In this document: positions 10,350 through 23,800 of the stretch, piece by piece
Position numbering within the stretch: position 1 is the stretch's first letter
Layout of the letters: every line of letters begins with the position of its first letter
Assembly: GCA_051530055.1 (NCBI GenBank)
Contig: CM121341.1
Coordinates: 16,160,784 to 16,224,783, forward strand
Direction of reading: 5' to 3'
DNA length: 64,000 nucleotides
Origin: Neoechinorhynchus agilis
Taxonomy: Eukaryota > Animalia > Acanthocephala
Made by a program: the position numbers and the translations under genes
Notes under the pieces: generated by a model
What the model was told of the DNA's origin: nothing
The model's database searches: none
What the model saw: the letters and a program-made list of their open reading frames with translations, nothing else

Positions 10350-13300
10350 GATGTGAACGAAGGAGCATCTTTACCCTCCATTGCCTCAAGGATGCATCCA
10401 GCATTCAATTTCTGAATCGTCGATTCTATGATATAAATAGTTTGCTGCATGAGGTGATGTTGCGACCAACCATTTTACAACGTGCCTGGTCCGACGGAAT
10501 AAATTGTATCAATGGCGAGAGGTTGGAAAATGTAAAACGACGGATCGAGGAATTTGCATTTCTCCTTTTTTCGGTGCCTAAACTGCGAGGGATGATTTGG
10601 TCTTCGATATCGTCTTCGAACAGGCGAAATCCCAAGGAGACGGTTTCTTTCCCAAACCGACTGGCTAGAGGCAAGATGGAATGTCTGTCATCGACGGGAT
10701 TGGTAAAGCTATAAGAAAACCAACGGACCATTTGTTGCGGCCGCGAGTAGGCGTGCTCGTTCTTTGGGGACGGCACAACAACCAAGGAGGTTTTATAGAA
10801 AAGATGGAATCTTTGATTTAGTTGGGTACTTTCGTCAGGAACGCGCATTAAAAACTTATACCTTCTAAATATCGATTTATTTTTCAGAAATGAAATCATA
10901 TGATAGAAACGAATACCTAATAAAGCGAATTCTAAATCCTAGCGACTTTTACGTGGTTCGAAAAGACCTAATCGATTACTCAGTCGAGCCGGACTGCTGT
11001 ACAAATATAATCGATCATGCCGTTCTACCAATTGGTGCAATCGTTGGTTGCTCCATGAGTGATGGCAGAGTGAAACGAGCTCGTGTTATTGGTGTAATTG
11101 GCGAGGAATCTCCACAAATAAGTTTGGAATTGGCAGATACAAGCGAAATGATTGGTGTTATCGATATAAATCGAATATCACGAATTCCGGTATCTGAAAA
11201 GAAAAATCTTGGTGCTACTCACGTATCTTTGCATGGAATAAAACCACTGTCAATGAAAATGGATAATCTTACAGTAAAAGTGGAATTAAAAGAATCCCAT
11301 GAATGGTCCTTGATTGCAATTCGAGCTTTTCGAAGTCTCATTGAAGAGTCCTGCGAGGTCAAAGTTGCATTCGTTGGACTTCACAAAGTACGACTTACGA
11401 TTGTAAGGGATTACGGTAGAAGAATAGACGTTGCTGAGTATTTGTGTGAGAGAAAATTCGCAGTCAAGACTGAAACAGAACACGTTGATTTGAATGTTAT
11501 CGAAGATGAAGGTTATGGAAATCCAAGTGGCGAGGATGACATCGATAACAGAAAAGTGCTTAATTTTAGATTGAATGAGTACGTTAAAATTGTTGACATT
11601 ACGGATAATTTAAGCGTAGATGAGTTGGAAGCAGCACGACCGAGTGGACGTCGATTTCACCTCGACGTTTCAATTGCTTCAAAGGCATACCTACTGCGAC
11701 CACCACAACAATCAGCTGTTCTCACTCGAATGGGACTTCTTCTAATGCGTGGTTTTAGTAATCTTCACGTTATCCATCGCAATGTACACGATTTCTTCAT
11801 TGAATCTACAAAATTCGCGTTAAGTGTAGGAAAATCTTGTTTTGTATGTTCATCTGTTGATCAATGTACAATTCTAAATGATTGGCTGAGAAATAAGTTT
11901 GAGTTCAGGCACCGGTGTTTTGTCGTTAATAGTCAAACAGTCCTAAAAGCACACGAACGTTCTCTTAAAAGTGGATCGTTTAATTTGCTAATCGCCGTAC
12001 CAACAGTTGTAGCCGAATGCGTCAAACAGTGGGAAATAATATTTCGAACGCTAATCATAATTGACACTAATTGTCTCATTGATGAATACAAATCTTCTGC
12101 TGATCAAATGTTCAGATATATTGGTCACATGGACTGTGTAGCCAATGATTTGTTTCGTGATGCAACTCCTGACGATAAGACTACAACGATTATCGTGCAT
12201 TCCAGGGAGTATTATGAGGCCCATGAGAGACAAATTTATCAGTGGTTGTTTCCTAGTCAATTGAAGACCCTTAAAATGAGAAATCGTTCAATAAGTGACA
12301 AGCAGTTACAAATAAAAGGACCAATGCTAACTTTGTTTGGATCAGCAATGAGTGCTGAGTTGCGAAGTCAACGAATGGCAATTATACCTCATTTTATTCA
12401 ATCCATAGATCGCTTAGAAGAACTTAAAATTCTTTTGGGTGCAGCTATTGCCGATCCTCGAAGTGGAATACTGGTTGTGTGCACATCTTTAAGCTCAAAG
12501 ATATTAGTAACAAACGCTATTAGAAAGGAGTTTGGCGTGCTCATAGGAATCGCTGTTTACGGCAAGAGTTTTTGAGTTGATGGGATTAGAGATTTTTAGA
12601 TTTTACTACATTGAAAATTGCATAGCTATAATTACTCGAAATTTAATACTTTCTATATTCAAAAACTCTCGGTTTACTTCGTTGATGAAATTCTCGACAT
12701 CAACCAAGCTCATCGTTCATGGATAATCTATGATCGACCAACCAATCAATCATTTGGTTCTCATTTTGACACAATTATTATGCTGGCAAATGCGTTTCAT
12801 CCATTTCGCATCACATTTCTCCTTGATACTCGAAGGGAGTCTTATGGTAAGGACGAATTAACTGTTGATTCTCTCATCAAAGGCTCACATATCGAGTGGC
12901 CCAGAATGGATTTTAAGGAGTATGAAACTCGGTACATATGCCGTCACATCGCCTTCTTCGGTGAATGCATGAGCAAAACTCGTTGTCGTAATCTTGTCCC
13001 GATGCTGGGCAAATGTGAATTGGTTGACATTTGGCCAAAAGAGGGCACACGAGAGATGAAGATAAAGGTAAAATCAGTTATAAGTCCTAATCTTGTATAC
13101 GGTTTCCCTGTAGATGGATTCGAGCCCGTTGAAGCACCGTCGATGGATGTGGATCTTCAGTTAGCAATGACGAATCCACAAGTTGCCCGCATAACACAGG
13201 CTAACACATGTCTCTACGCTTATCGTGACAACGTTCGTGCTTGGAAACGCGTCAATCTTTTATCTGAAGATGGCCTTTTGGTATTATTGATTGACTCGGG

Positions 13301-16300
13301 TCTCTGTCGTATCCTCAAGTCGACATCGGAGCTATATGAACTTCCCGAGAAATTCCAGCAAATTCCTCCATGTGTGATTGAATGTGTGGTATGTGGACTG
13401 CGACCAGTGGATCAAGGACAATCTGATTGGCCACCAACCACTTCCTTAAACATACACAAGCATTTTTTTAAGAAGACGGTAATGGTCAATGTTATATCCG
13501 CGGTTCGAAATTCTTACAACGCCCTTACCGTTTTTGCGTCTACTTTTTGTGAAGTTCCATCAGTTACACTCGGCCCATCACGACAGACAATTAGTCTCCA
13601 TGGGAAATCCATGCGGCAGTTTCTACTTGAGAATCGATTAGGTATAGATAATCGCGAACCTCATATAAGCGTGATCGAACAGTTGTTCGGTATAAGACGT
13701 GAGTATGACAGAGCGATCGATTTCAACGATACGACCTCTGGGCAACACGATCAAATCGTAAGAATAATCAATTTGTCTGAAAAATCACTACATGTAATTG
13801 ATCAAACTCGTTATGGACAATTTGAGGAACTTAATCGAGAGATACAATTATCAGCCCCCATTACCATTAGTCTTCTAGACGTTCATATCGGACAACTGTG
13901 CTTGGTTCAACGAGGAGACAAACAATGGCTTCGGTGTCGCTTAGTGAGAGATAGGTGCGTAGAAAAAGGTGTAAGAATTTTAAGGTTTGCATCGATCGAT
14001 CTTGGAGACGAATTTGAAATCGAGAAGCGAAGTCACCAATCACTGAAAGATGATGTGAAGCTCCTAACTCCCCGATTTTCAAATATTCCGCCGTTTCACA
14101 TCCTTGTGCCGATTCCGATTCCTATTGCTATTACATCTATTTTTAAAGAACCAAATATGGTCATGCAAAGACACCAGTTTCGTATTGAGCATTCGACTTG
14201 TGTTATGAGATTAATGGATATTGGACTGAACGGAGTCGCAGTTGTACCAAGTGATCTGTTCCTTACTTGTATAGCATTCCACAATTCTAATCGTGTCCGC
14301 GATTATCTTGAACGAGTACAAAAGGTTGATGATGATTTAGAACAGTTTATGTCTCGTGTAGGTCAGGTATCCTCAGTCCTGTGAATTATATTTTGCTTCA
14401 TAATAGTTTTGAATTCAAATGAATATTGTACTAAATGAAAATTAATATACCTTCACTTACAATGAATTCCCGGATGAGAAGTACATCCAAATTGCAAGCA
14501 TGGTGTAAAAATCCTAGAAATTTCAAAGTATGCTTAAAATTCAAGACTAAGTTTTTAACCAAAGGGGTTTAAATATTACGCTTTTCTGATGTTTACTAAA
14601 ATTACATGCGTGCGCCTGGGTCAAAAGTACAACATATTAAGAATTATCGTTACAGTTTCATACTTGTAATTCCACTAAAAAGCAAATGAGGCCGAATGCT
14701 TGCTTTCCCCTGTATTTCTGTCACGATGGAAGATACCTGTAGGAGATCAGAGAGACTATGATGAGCTCGACAGCCTTTCACTTCAAACCTTGTGTCTCAT
14801 GTGTGAATGTCGATGCTTTAACGAGCACTTTATCAAGCACGTGTACGATTCGACAATGTTTCATTACGTTAGTGACAATGCTGAAGATTCACGGTTGATC
14901 CTTGAAGTATCACTTCGACTTATTTCACTTATATTCTCGTACGGTTGTGAGCAATCAACTGGCCATTACATTATAGATTTCCTGATCGACAACAATTCAT
15001 GCTTTATTCCATTACTGACCGAAAACCCAAATTACTTTTCAGCATTATGGAAATCTGCCATTGATTTTGATCGATGTGATATTGTCGGCATAATTCCAGA
15101 AGTAATCAACGGACATTATGCCCGGTGCGTGCTCGAGCACATGAAAACTATCTGTTTAACCGCGAACACGAGTGAAAGTTTGACTGAGGCTTACCAAAAA
15201 CAAACGTCGATTCTTCAATCTATTGCCACTGAAGATGAAAACGATTCGAGCATTGATGACAAAAAGGTCGACTCGGTTGAGCGGATGGATACAATTAGTT
15301 CTGATTTATCGGACGATAGTAGCACGCGAAGCAAGTTTAGTTGTTCATCTGAAGAAGACCGTTATATGGCCAATAAGTTCGCTCGGTCGTATATCAAAGT
15401 TCTTAGGAAGGCGACAAAAAATCAAGTTGAATCCAAGATGGATTTCAATCAACCTGCTGCAAAAGCCCATCTTGAAGACGACGCTCGTATTTACAATGAG
15501 AAAGGCAAGGAACCTCTTCCTTATCCCAATATTTACTGGAGTCAAAAAGGATTCGGTTTACGCCTGAGATTACAAATCAATCTCACTGAAGAACCGCAAA
15601 TTGAATGACATTGATAAAGATGGATGGGGAGGAAGGCGGCTAAGTGCTGGTTATATTCACTATGATATATTGTCTTGACTATTTGCAGTTTTGTCTCAAG
15701 AATCCAGAATTTCCTGTTCAGTTTACTTAGTCATAGACCTTTTGTGCGCAGTTTAAGTATAAGGAATGCAGACGAATTTCCAGAAATCCAAATTTTTCTT
15801 CACTCGACAAAGATAATTAGAAGCGATCGAATACTGCATCTGATTTGATCGACATGAGCAGAATTTTCGTAGCTATGTTCAATCACTAAAATTGTCGAAT
15901 GTGCAAATGGTAACAATTTTAAATCTTCTTACTAAGCGTTTCTTTTACAGATTTCTCTATATCGTTCATCGATGTTCTAATTGATTCTTCGGACAAACGA
16001 ACTTTGACGGTTAAGGCCAAAGGATACGATGTTTTATATGGATTCAGGGTTCGTCTTTATTCAATTGTCTCAAGGCGTTTCAAGATAGTACGAAATCTAT
16101 CTGATTTTATCATTAAATTCAACAAACACAACAAATCTGACTGGCCGTCTCTATGTGACAAGAAATATCGTTTCATTACTTACGACCCGGACGCCGTTGA
16201 TCATACGAGTGGCTCCGATGAGGATGTTGAACAACAATTGGAACTAGCAAATGAAATGTTAAAGAATGCAAAAAGTGACCCGGTTCAAGCCGAAGAAAAC

Positions 16301-16381
16301 AACGATGATGCGATAAGCGATGATGAAGCAGATGGAGAAGATCAGGTGTATGAGGAGCGAGATGCGTTATGGGATTATTAG
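10350..16381 (+). CDS. TDRD12: TDRD12/Yb-family piRNA-pathway protein (Tudor, degenerate helicase, Cys/His motif, Tudor x2, CS domain); multi-exon, 5' end uncertain
   Basis: Extended Tudor folds with 'HGIKP...W' and 'CVVCGLRP...W' SN-like flanks, two RecA-like segments, CRHIAFFGECMSKTRC, and a CS domain split between PNIYWSQ.. (15520-15600) and YGFRVRL..DWPSL..YDPD (16030-16200). This domain order matches TDRD12. Confidence 0.72.
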
Positions 16382-17365
16382 CTCGTTATGATGTCCATAA
16401 AAACAAACATGGAGCCTCTGTACGTTAGTGGCCACTCACCGTGTAATAATAAGCGATATCCCCACTCTCATGCCTCTGTTTTTCGCTTATATCAAAGGGA
16501 GACGATTTTTATTTTTTGTTTCGTTAAATGAAACTATTTTAGGAGATGCAATGAAAGCCCGGGAACCTGTTATAGTTGGCTGTTTTGAGTCAATATGATA
16601 CGACTTTTTTGAATCTCAAATACAATTTTGGCGAATTTCAACAGCGATTTCATTGTAATATAAAGAGAGCGTTACGAAGAAATCAAAATTTCAAAGCAGT
16701 CGTCTTTGATCGCATCAGATTCGAGGATTCGCGAGGGTCTTCGTCTGGATTAGGAAACAAAGCGAACAGTTCTTTTGGCTGGACAATCCGTGTCCTTCTA
16801 ATCCAAAAGAATTGGGATGTCCCTTGCTGCTATCTTAAGCGGGGCATGGTGTTTTTGCAGTTTAGTTCTCAACAACGACGGCGCCCTTGGATGTTTCCCG
16901 GCCGATCCGGGGGACGATGCACCCCATTGTCTGTCTTGATCCATTATATTGGTTTTCATCATAGAATGGAAATGAACGGGGACCGTGCGTGTTACTGAGA
17001 TCTTTTGACTTAATCCCAGATCCGATTGCTCGGGCGTAAATCCACACGGTTCGTAGCAAAACTAGAAGCTGAGGTGATGTGAGTACTGACGGTTACGGTG
17101 ATCGCCAGCCCTAGTCTCCGCTTATTCCGAATCACTGTTGAGTATTTTCATCGTAGACCATGTAGTCTTCAAATGTTTACGGCTCCTAATAGACATGTTG
17201 GGTAACCATAGCGACGAAGAACCCTCGAAGTTCCAACCTGCATAGTTCTGCAAGGTAGTCCCCAACTTTAGCGTTTCCTACTAAGGGGGAAATGGGGCTG
17301 GAGTACTTTTAAACGTTGTGATTTCTCGAATATCAAACACGAAAGTGGCGTACCTTTACTTTCAG

Positions 17366-18076
17366 ATGGATTTTCAGAACCGTCCAGGTGGCAAAACCGG
17401 TAGCGGTGGTTGCGCAAATGCGAGTGAAAGCAATCGCGATCGTCGCGAGCGATTGCGCCAGTTAGCTCTCGAAACCATTGACCTCGCTAAGGACCCGTAT
17501 TTCATGAAGAATCATCTTGGTTCCTATGAATGCAAACTGTGTCTTACTCTCCACAACAATGAAGGCAGCTATTTGGCTCATACGCAAGGCAAGAAGCATC
17601 AGTCTAATCTAAGTAGAAGAGCAGCAAAGGACGCTAGAGATGGACCTAGCTTATTACAACCTTCTCGTCCACAAGTCGATATAAAAAAGTTCATAAAGAT
17701 TGGTCGGCCTGGTTACAAAGTCACGAAGCAGCGTGATCCGGTGACAAAACAGCAAAGTCTATTGTTTCAAATTGATTATCCAGAGATAGCAGAAGGAGTT
17801 GTTCCTCGACATAGATTCATGTCCGCCTATGAACAACACGTGGAACCACCGGATAGGAGGTACCAGTACCTTCTGTTCGCTGCAGAACCTTACGAGACGA
17901 TTGCCTTTAAATTACCAAGCCGGGAGTTGGATAAGGACGGAGAAAAGTTCTGGACTCATTGGAATAAAGAAGTCCAACAGTTCTTTCTTCAATGCACTTT
18001 TAAAATCGATTCGAGAATACCAATGCCAAGTTTACCGACTGCACCACCTACCGCGATGTATCCTACGACGGGGTAA
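17366..18076 (+). CDS. SF3A2: Splicing factor 3A subunit 2 (SAP62)
   Basis: MDFQNRPGGKTGSGG...DRRERLRQLALETIDLAKDPYFMKNHLGSYECKLCLTLHNNEGSYLAHTQGKKHQ is near-canonical. The ATG directly follows a TTTCAG acceptor. Confidence 0.97.
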   Translation: MDFQNRPGGKTGSGGCANASESNRDRRERLRQLALETIDLAKDPYFMKNHLGSYECKLCLTLHNNEGSYLAHTQGKKHQSNLSRRAAKDARDGPSLLQPSRPQVDIKKFIKIGRPGYKVTKQRDPVTKQQSLLFQIDYPEIAEGVVPRHRFMSAYEQHVEPPDRRYQYLLFAAEPYETIAFKLPSRELDKDGEKFWTHWNKEVQQFFLQCTFKIDSRIPMPSLPTAPPTAMYPTTG

Positions 18077-18337
18077 TAAATGAAACTATCATTGTGAGTC
18101 GAAAACGCCTTTAATGTGGAATACCGCATAGTAATAAAAGTGAATCAGAGGATCCGCTGATTTGCCTTTACAACTTGTCTAAAACTTACAGAATCCTTTA
18201 GAAGAGATTATAAATTTGTCTTTCTGAATTGAGACCGTATTTGAAATTGTCTGAGTTATATCAACACCCTTGGCTGTGCGATTCAAGGCAACCATTATTA
18301 AAACCACAAGTAGCTCTCATGTACATGTCTTCCACTT

Positions 18338-20675
18338 TTATTTTTTCATTACCAGTCGTGGATGTAATCCTAGATAATTACACGGTACCAAGCCTCGGTC
18401 GCCATCGCCATTTTCAACCAACCACCACATATTCACTTTTGCTAAACTCTTCTTTTCGCCTTCACCAGACAAACTGTCAGCCTCTTCGATTTCAGCAACG
18501 TACTCTTGATCAAAATCACTCCTTTCTATAACCTTCAAGCGATCGCCTTGCCTAAGCCGCAGTTCATCCGACTGATTTGGATCATAGTCGTACACCGCAT
18601 AAACATATCCGCCATTAGCCTGTCTTCCCATTTTTGCCATCGTGTCCGTCAAAAATGAAACACACTCTTCATAATCATTCTCGCCTGGCTCACATTTATC
18701 AATTGGCATTTCGTCGTCACCGTATTAGTCTGTTGGATTTTTACGAAGATACGAAATTTTATATTTTTCCACTTTAAATTTCAAAACGCAGATTCGAAAC
18801 GCTTATGTACTTTTTCAAAAGCCATGCTAAGCCTTTTAAAAGCGCTCTTAAAAAGGATACATTTTGTCGGTAACCAAAAAACCGATACAAAATTCGTTCG
18901 AAAAATCCTTATCCGACAGACTTTCCAATACGTTTGTGCAAAAACGCAACCGCCAAACTCAACGAGTATTCGCGCGATCTCAACATTGTTGCATGATGCA
19001 GCACAATGAAGTGGTGTCCATCCGTCATGATCTGGATAATTAATATCCGTTCCGTACTTGACCAGAAATCTTGCAACGTCGACATTTCCGGTACATACGG
19101 CATTGTGAAGAGCGGTTATGCCTTCTTCATTAGGTCGTCCAGCATTATCCATTTTCAGAGCAGTCTCGATCACAAGTTGAAGATCTCCCTCTGCGGCTGC
19201 GTCCAATAAGATATCCATAGGGCGAAATGTAACCTTTTTTCCTTCTCTCTTGTTGCTCGCATCGTCACGATCGGCACTAACAGACGAACTCAAAATCGTA
19301 GTACCAACAGCGTTCCCATCCGTACATTTACCAGGAATGATGGTTTGATTATCGTCATCATCGGTTCCATTCATGAATGACGTCCTAGTTATGAATTCCT
19401 CAAGTGAGTGATCATTAGAACTCGAGAGAGTGTCATCTTCATGACGACAACTGCTGTCTACTGAAACTGGAGTTCCGTCATCCTGGTTGTCTTCCTCGTG
19501 AACTTGGAGAGAAGTTCGCGATGCATCAGTGCGTATGAGGATTCCATTAGATAAACCCATAAGGAAACCCTCAAGTGCATACGAACATCAACTCCGTCCA
19601 AGAACGAGTTTCTTCTTTTTACACTATTCACTACATTCGACTGAACCTTTTCCACGTCAATATGGAGACGGCCGTAGTTGCCAGCGTTGCTCAAATCTTG
19701 TTCTTCTTCTGTGCTCTTGTAACGAGCGTTTTCACTGAGATCAAACAATTCTCGATTTACTCGGACGAGTTCATGTTGGCGCTGTACTAAAGCCTGACGT
19801 TGCTCAAGAATCCGAGCACTTTGCTGCTCGTTCAGTCTGTTTCGAATTATAAGTTCCTGTTTGAGTTTGTCGATTTCCGCCTTGTCAAGGTTTCTGGATT
19901 GGGTGTCTGAACGCGCGGGGAAATCCTGAGACGGCGATGACATTTTGAATTTGGCGTTGCTCGCCAACATTGAGTATAGTTCATGTTCCTTCTCGGCACA
20001 GAATTGGCGGACAGCGTCGAGGTCACTTATTGGCTTGTAACCTGTCAACAATGAAACCAGATCAGCATGGAATCACGAATAAAGGTAAAAACAACATGGA
20101 ATGACGTCACTTTTCTACATTCAAGACAGGGATTGCTTTTGTCGTAGACAAGATATCTGTTTGAACATTGAACTATTCATGCTTGTTTATGGCGTAAAAA
20201 TTTAATGAATTCATCAAATCCGATATTTCGGTACAATATCGCTTCTTTATCCAAGTTGTTTGCCGTGCCGAAATATCCGATTTTTTAGATTCCTTCAATT
20301 TTTAAGCAATAAACAAGCAATAATCATTGTAAATAAGCGCAGTAAATTTGAAAGAATCCGATTTAGAAAAATGCACATTTTGCGCAATATTTTTGTTGAA
20401 AATTGCGCTCATTACTTACTCGCCCTGGTGGCCTTATGTTGGTCGATTATCCTTTTCAACGTTTGTAGCTTGCGTACTATCGTATCATCATGTCCGATGC
20501 TGCTGACCGGCGTTGTCGAAGTGATGGCAGCTTTACTCAATTGGTGCCGTAAGAGACGTAATCTTTGTTCTTTTGCTAACAAGATTTGTTCATTGGTGTT
20601 TATTTGCATTTGTTGTCTGTTTATCATTTCTTGCAGTTCCGCTATACTCAGATCCACTTGTTGATGCATTTTCAT
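18338..20675 (-). CDS. ASPP: ASPP-family protein (coiled coil, ankyrin repeats, SH3), about 4 exons
   Basis: N-terminal DLSIAELQEMINRQQMQI...KEQRLRLL, ankyrin segment LLDAAAEGD..EGITALHNAVC..DHDGWTPLHCAASCNN, and SH3 VYAVYDYD..DELRL..WW..GLVPCNYLGLHPR. Confidence 0.9.
20216..20286. repeat. Degenerate small inverted repeat of the 43215-43362 PLE-end family, inside an ASPP intron
   Basis: CCGATATTTCGGTAC and GTGCCGAAATATCCG form an inverted pair matching the helix II-GAAATATC part at 43271-43285. Confidence 0.5.
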
Positions 20676-20877
20676 CTGAAAGTAGTATCATTCTCTTCAG
20701 ACACATGAGCGCGAACGAATCAAGTCCTCCTCGAGACGATCTACAATGGCGCGCTTATAAATTCATGTTTCAAAATGTAAGTTTTCGCCTCTTCAGGAAT
20801 GTCACGTTCTTTCGTATCCAGTGCGCGTTTTTAGACATTTTAAAAAAAGTGATGTCATTTTTTACATTTAGTTACTA

Positions 20878-23800
20878 GTGAAGGACGACGTTCGATTCCA
20901 AAGGTTCTGTAATGCAATCGACAGCTTTAGAAGGCTTACGCAAGTGGAGAAATCCATACGAGAATATAATGAATGTTTTATAAAAGCTCTCAAACGTTGC
21001 ACGTTTTTGGTGGAATTCGAGTCGGCCATGGCGTTGCAACTAGTCAGTATCCTTTCAAGCGTTAAGGGATACCGAGAAATGGCTAGACACGTGATGGAGA
21101 CTATGCGATGTGTCCTAAAGAGAACTACACTTCCAAATAATGAAATTCGCCACCTAGTCGTGGAAGTTCTGGACGACGTTTTCGCATGCAAGGAAGAGCA
21201 GAGAAGTCAAAATGATGATGAATTGAAGAACTCACATGTTGCCCAAAACACAAAATTGTCAGTTTTTGAGCTAGCTAGAGCCGGTAAAGTAACAGAGGTA
21301 CCACCGTGTAATGTAGATCCATGTCCACACGTGGTCCTACCCGAACAGCAGCAGCGTAGGTTGGTACTTTGACTCCTCCAATGGTCGGCGAGGGGTTATC
21401 GTTGAAAACTTAGCAATTCTGGCTACTTTAAACGAACTTCCTAATGAAATCAATTGATTTATGCACATTTTACCTAGAATTCTCGATCATTAGAAACCAA
21501 ATTCGCCTTTTTCCTCCAAAAAGAGTGTTTGTTAAATCAACTCGGCAAAATCACCTTTATCTGCCAGTTTCTATGAATTCTTAATTCGATTAATCACCAT
21601 TTACAAACCTCACATGAACCTGTTCATTCGCTACCACCTATCGGATACGCGTTGCAAGCTACCATCCTTCCGAATATTCAAAATCTTTCAAAAGCTGTTC
21701 TACTTCAATTAATGTTGATTAGATAACAATCGTTTTTAAAAAATTTGCATTACAGTTTGTGTCGCTACTTTTTCCCTTTTGATGGCAATTCGGAGTCAAG
21801 TATCCGCTTGTTAAACGATTAAACCGAAGCGGTTCGTACCACGACGTTCATCCTTGTAATGAACGTGGATCCGTACATTGCCCACAATCTGAGATACCAA
21901 TTTTATCAAGTATAAACCACGATCTCGTTGGGTATTCACATGAGCCATGGACTAGTGCACAACCCAAACACAGTAAAGTACGAGCTAATACGGAGAAGCG
22001 AAGCGCTATGGACTCATTTTATGAGAATGCATTAACAGCAATTGAATCTTCGATACTTTCGCTGAAATACTTCAAAGCTTACCTAGCATGGTTCATCAAG
22101 CGATTTGAGAATCTTGAAGAATCTACAGCCGCTGATTTTATTCTCAGAAACGATCCATTCACATGCCGACAGTACGGTCATCTTCACCGAAAAGCATTGT
22201 TCAGTGTGTACGGAGCCAAATATTACCTGTCAATGAAAAAGGCACTATTACAAAACCCCCGAAAGGCAACTGTAATTATCATGAATCGCCTTGAAGAGCG
22301 AATTATGGAGTGGTCGAAAACGCTATCATTGTACAAGGCGGAATGGGTTAATCGGTCAAAGGATATTCTGGATAGAAGCGATCCAACGGAAAATGCGATA
22401 TGGGATACGCCAATAATAAAATACCTTAGTATACACAGCGTGAATACTAAACGAAGCCGGATCGATATGCTATTAAGATTGGAGAAGGAAGACGATGTGC
22501 TGGCAATCGAGTTACCCGCTAACGACTCTGGGGAAGGCGGTGTACAATTCTGTGGTCTTGCATTAATCGTTGACATACGGAGAACCTGTAGTCTTCTACT
22601 TTCAGAGCAATGGCATTTTGTGTTCTGTCTCTCCAGACATGATACATTCTTACTATATTCTATTTCCTCTTTAATAGCGTGATATCCATGCTCTTATGAG
22701 AGCAAAACCAGCCGGGTCAATCTTGTCCAAAATGTAGTCTTATTGTGCGATTTATCCATGTTTAGTCTGGTTTTTATCACATTTTTGTTATATCGTATTA
22801 CGTTAGTTGCTTCAAATTGTATGATTTAGAAAGATATGGCTATTAATTTTTGGGTTTGTTCGAAAAGGCCTTGCTTCAAATGTACAAGAGACTGTGTTTT
22901 ATTTTTAAGATTGCTTGAAAATCTTAAGGTCATGATTAAGCCAGCAATCCTTTAAATACTCGCAAAGATAAAAATAGGACGTCGCTTTTGTTGTTTTTAA
23001 TATAGGGGCTTCGAAATTGTATCAGAGAAGCATTCAAAAAACTGATACCCTTTTCTAGTTTTTATAGTAGCTCGATTGTTTAAACGTCGAAATGTGGCTC
23101 TCATAATATTTACTTTAGTGATAGGTGTTTAAAATTTATTTTCAAGTTGAGCGTTTGGTGCAACCAAAGAAATGATTGTCAAGATTGCATTAATTTTAGA
23201 TGCATAAATCTATGAAATCTTCTGTAGGATATGCATTAATCGAATATCTCGAAAACAGTAGCTTCATAAATTCAAAACTATTTTCAAATTATTTCTTTCA
23301 ACTTACGGAACTCCCTGTTTCTATCGACACTTCAAAACAATTTCTTCAAATTTGTAAGGGGGTTGGTGTTTTTAAAGGCGTTTGAACGGCCGTAAATAAG
23401 CGTACATAATCGATGATCATCGAGAACTCAGAATTAATTTCAATGATCGGCAATGCGATTATTAAATACATAAACGACGACGATGCCTACCTTATGGTTT
23501 TCGAATTTATACCTTACATCTTCTTAAACCGATCAGAATTGACTATACAAACTATGCTCCCGGTCTATCGCTTTGTCTATACATATAGCGTTTTACTGAG
23601 ATACTTTATGCCGATCGTCGATAAAGAACGCTTCGATGTCATCGAAAAACTCATTGCATATTCACGAGAACTATCGATCAAACCAGCCGATAAGAAGAAT
23701 CAAATTTTAAAAACCCGTATACTCGAATTCGAATTTCTCAATCGATATGGTGCGAAATCCACACGGTGTATAAAACACCTCGTGGAGATAGTTTCTAATC

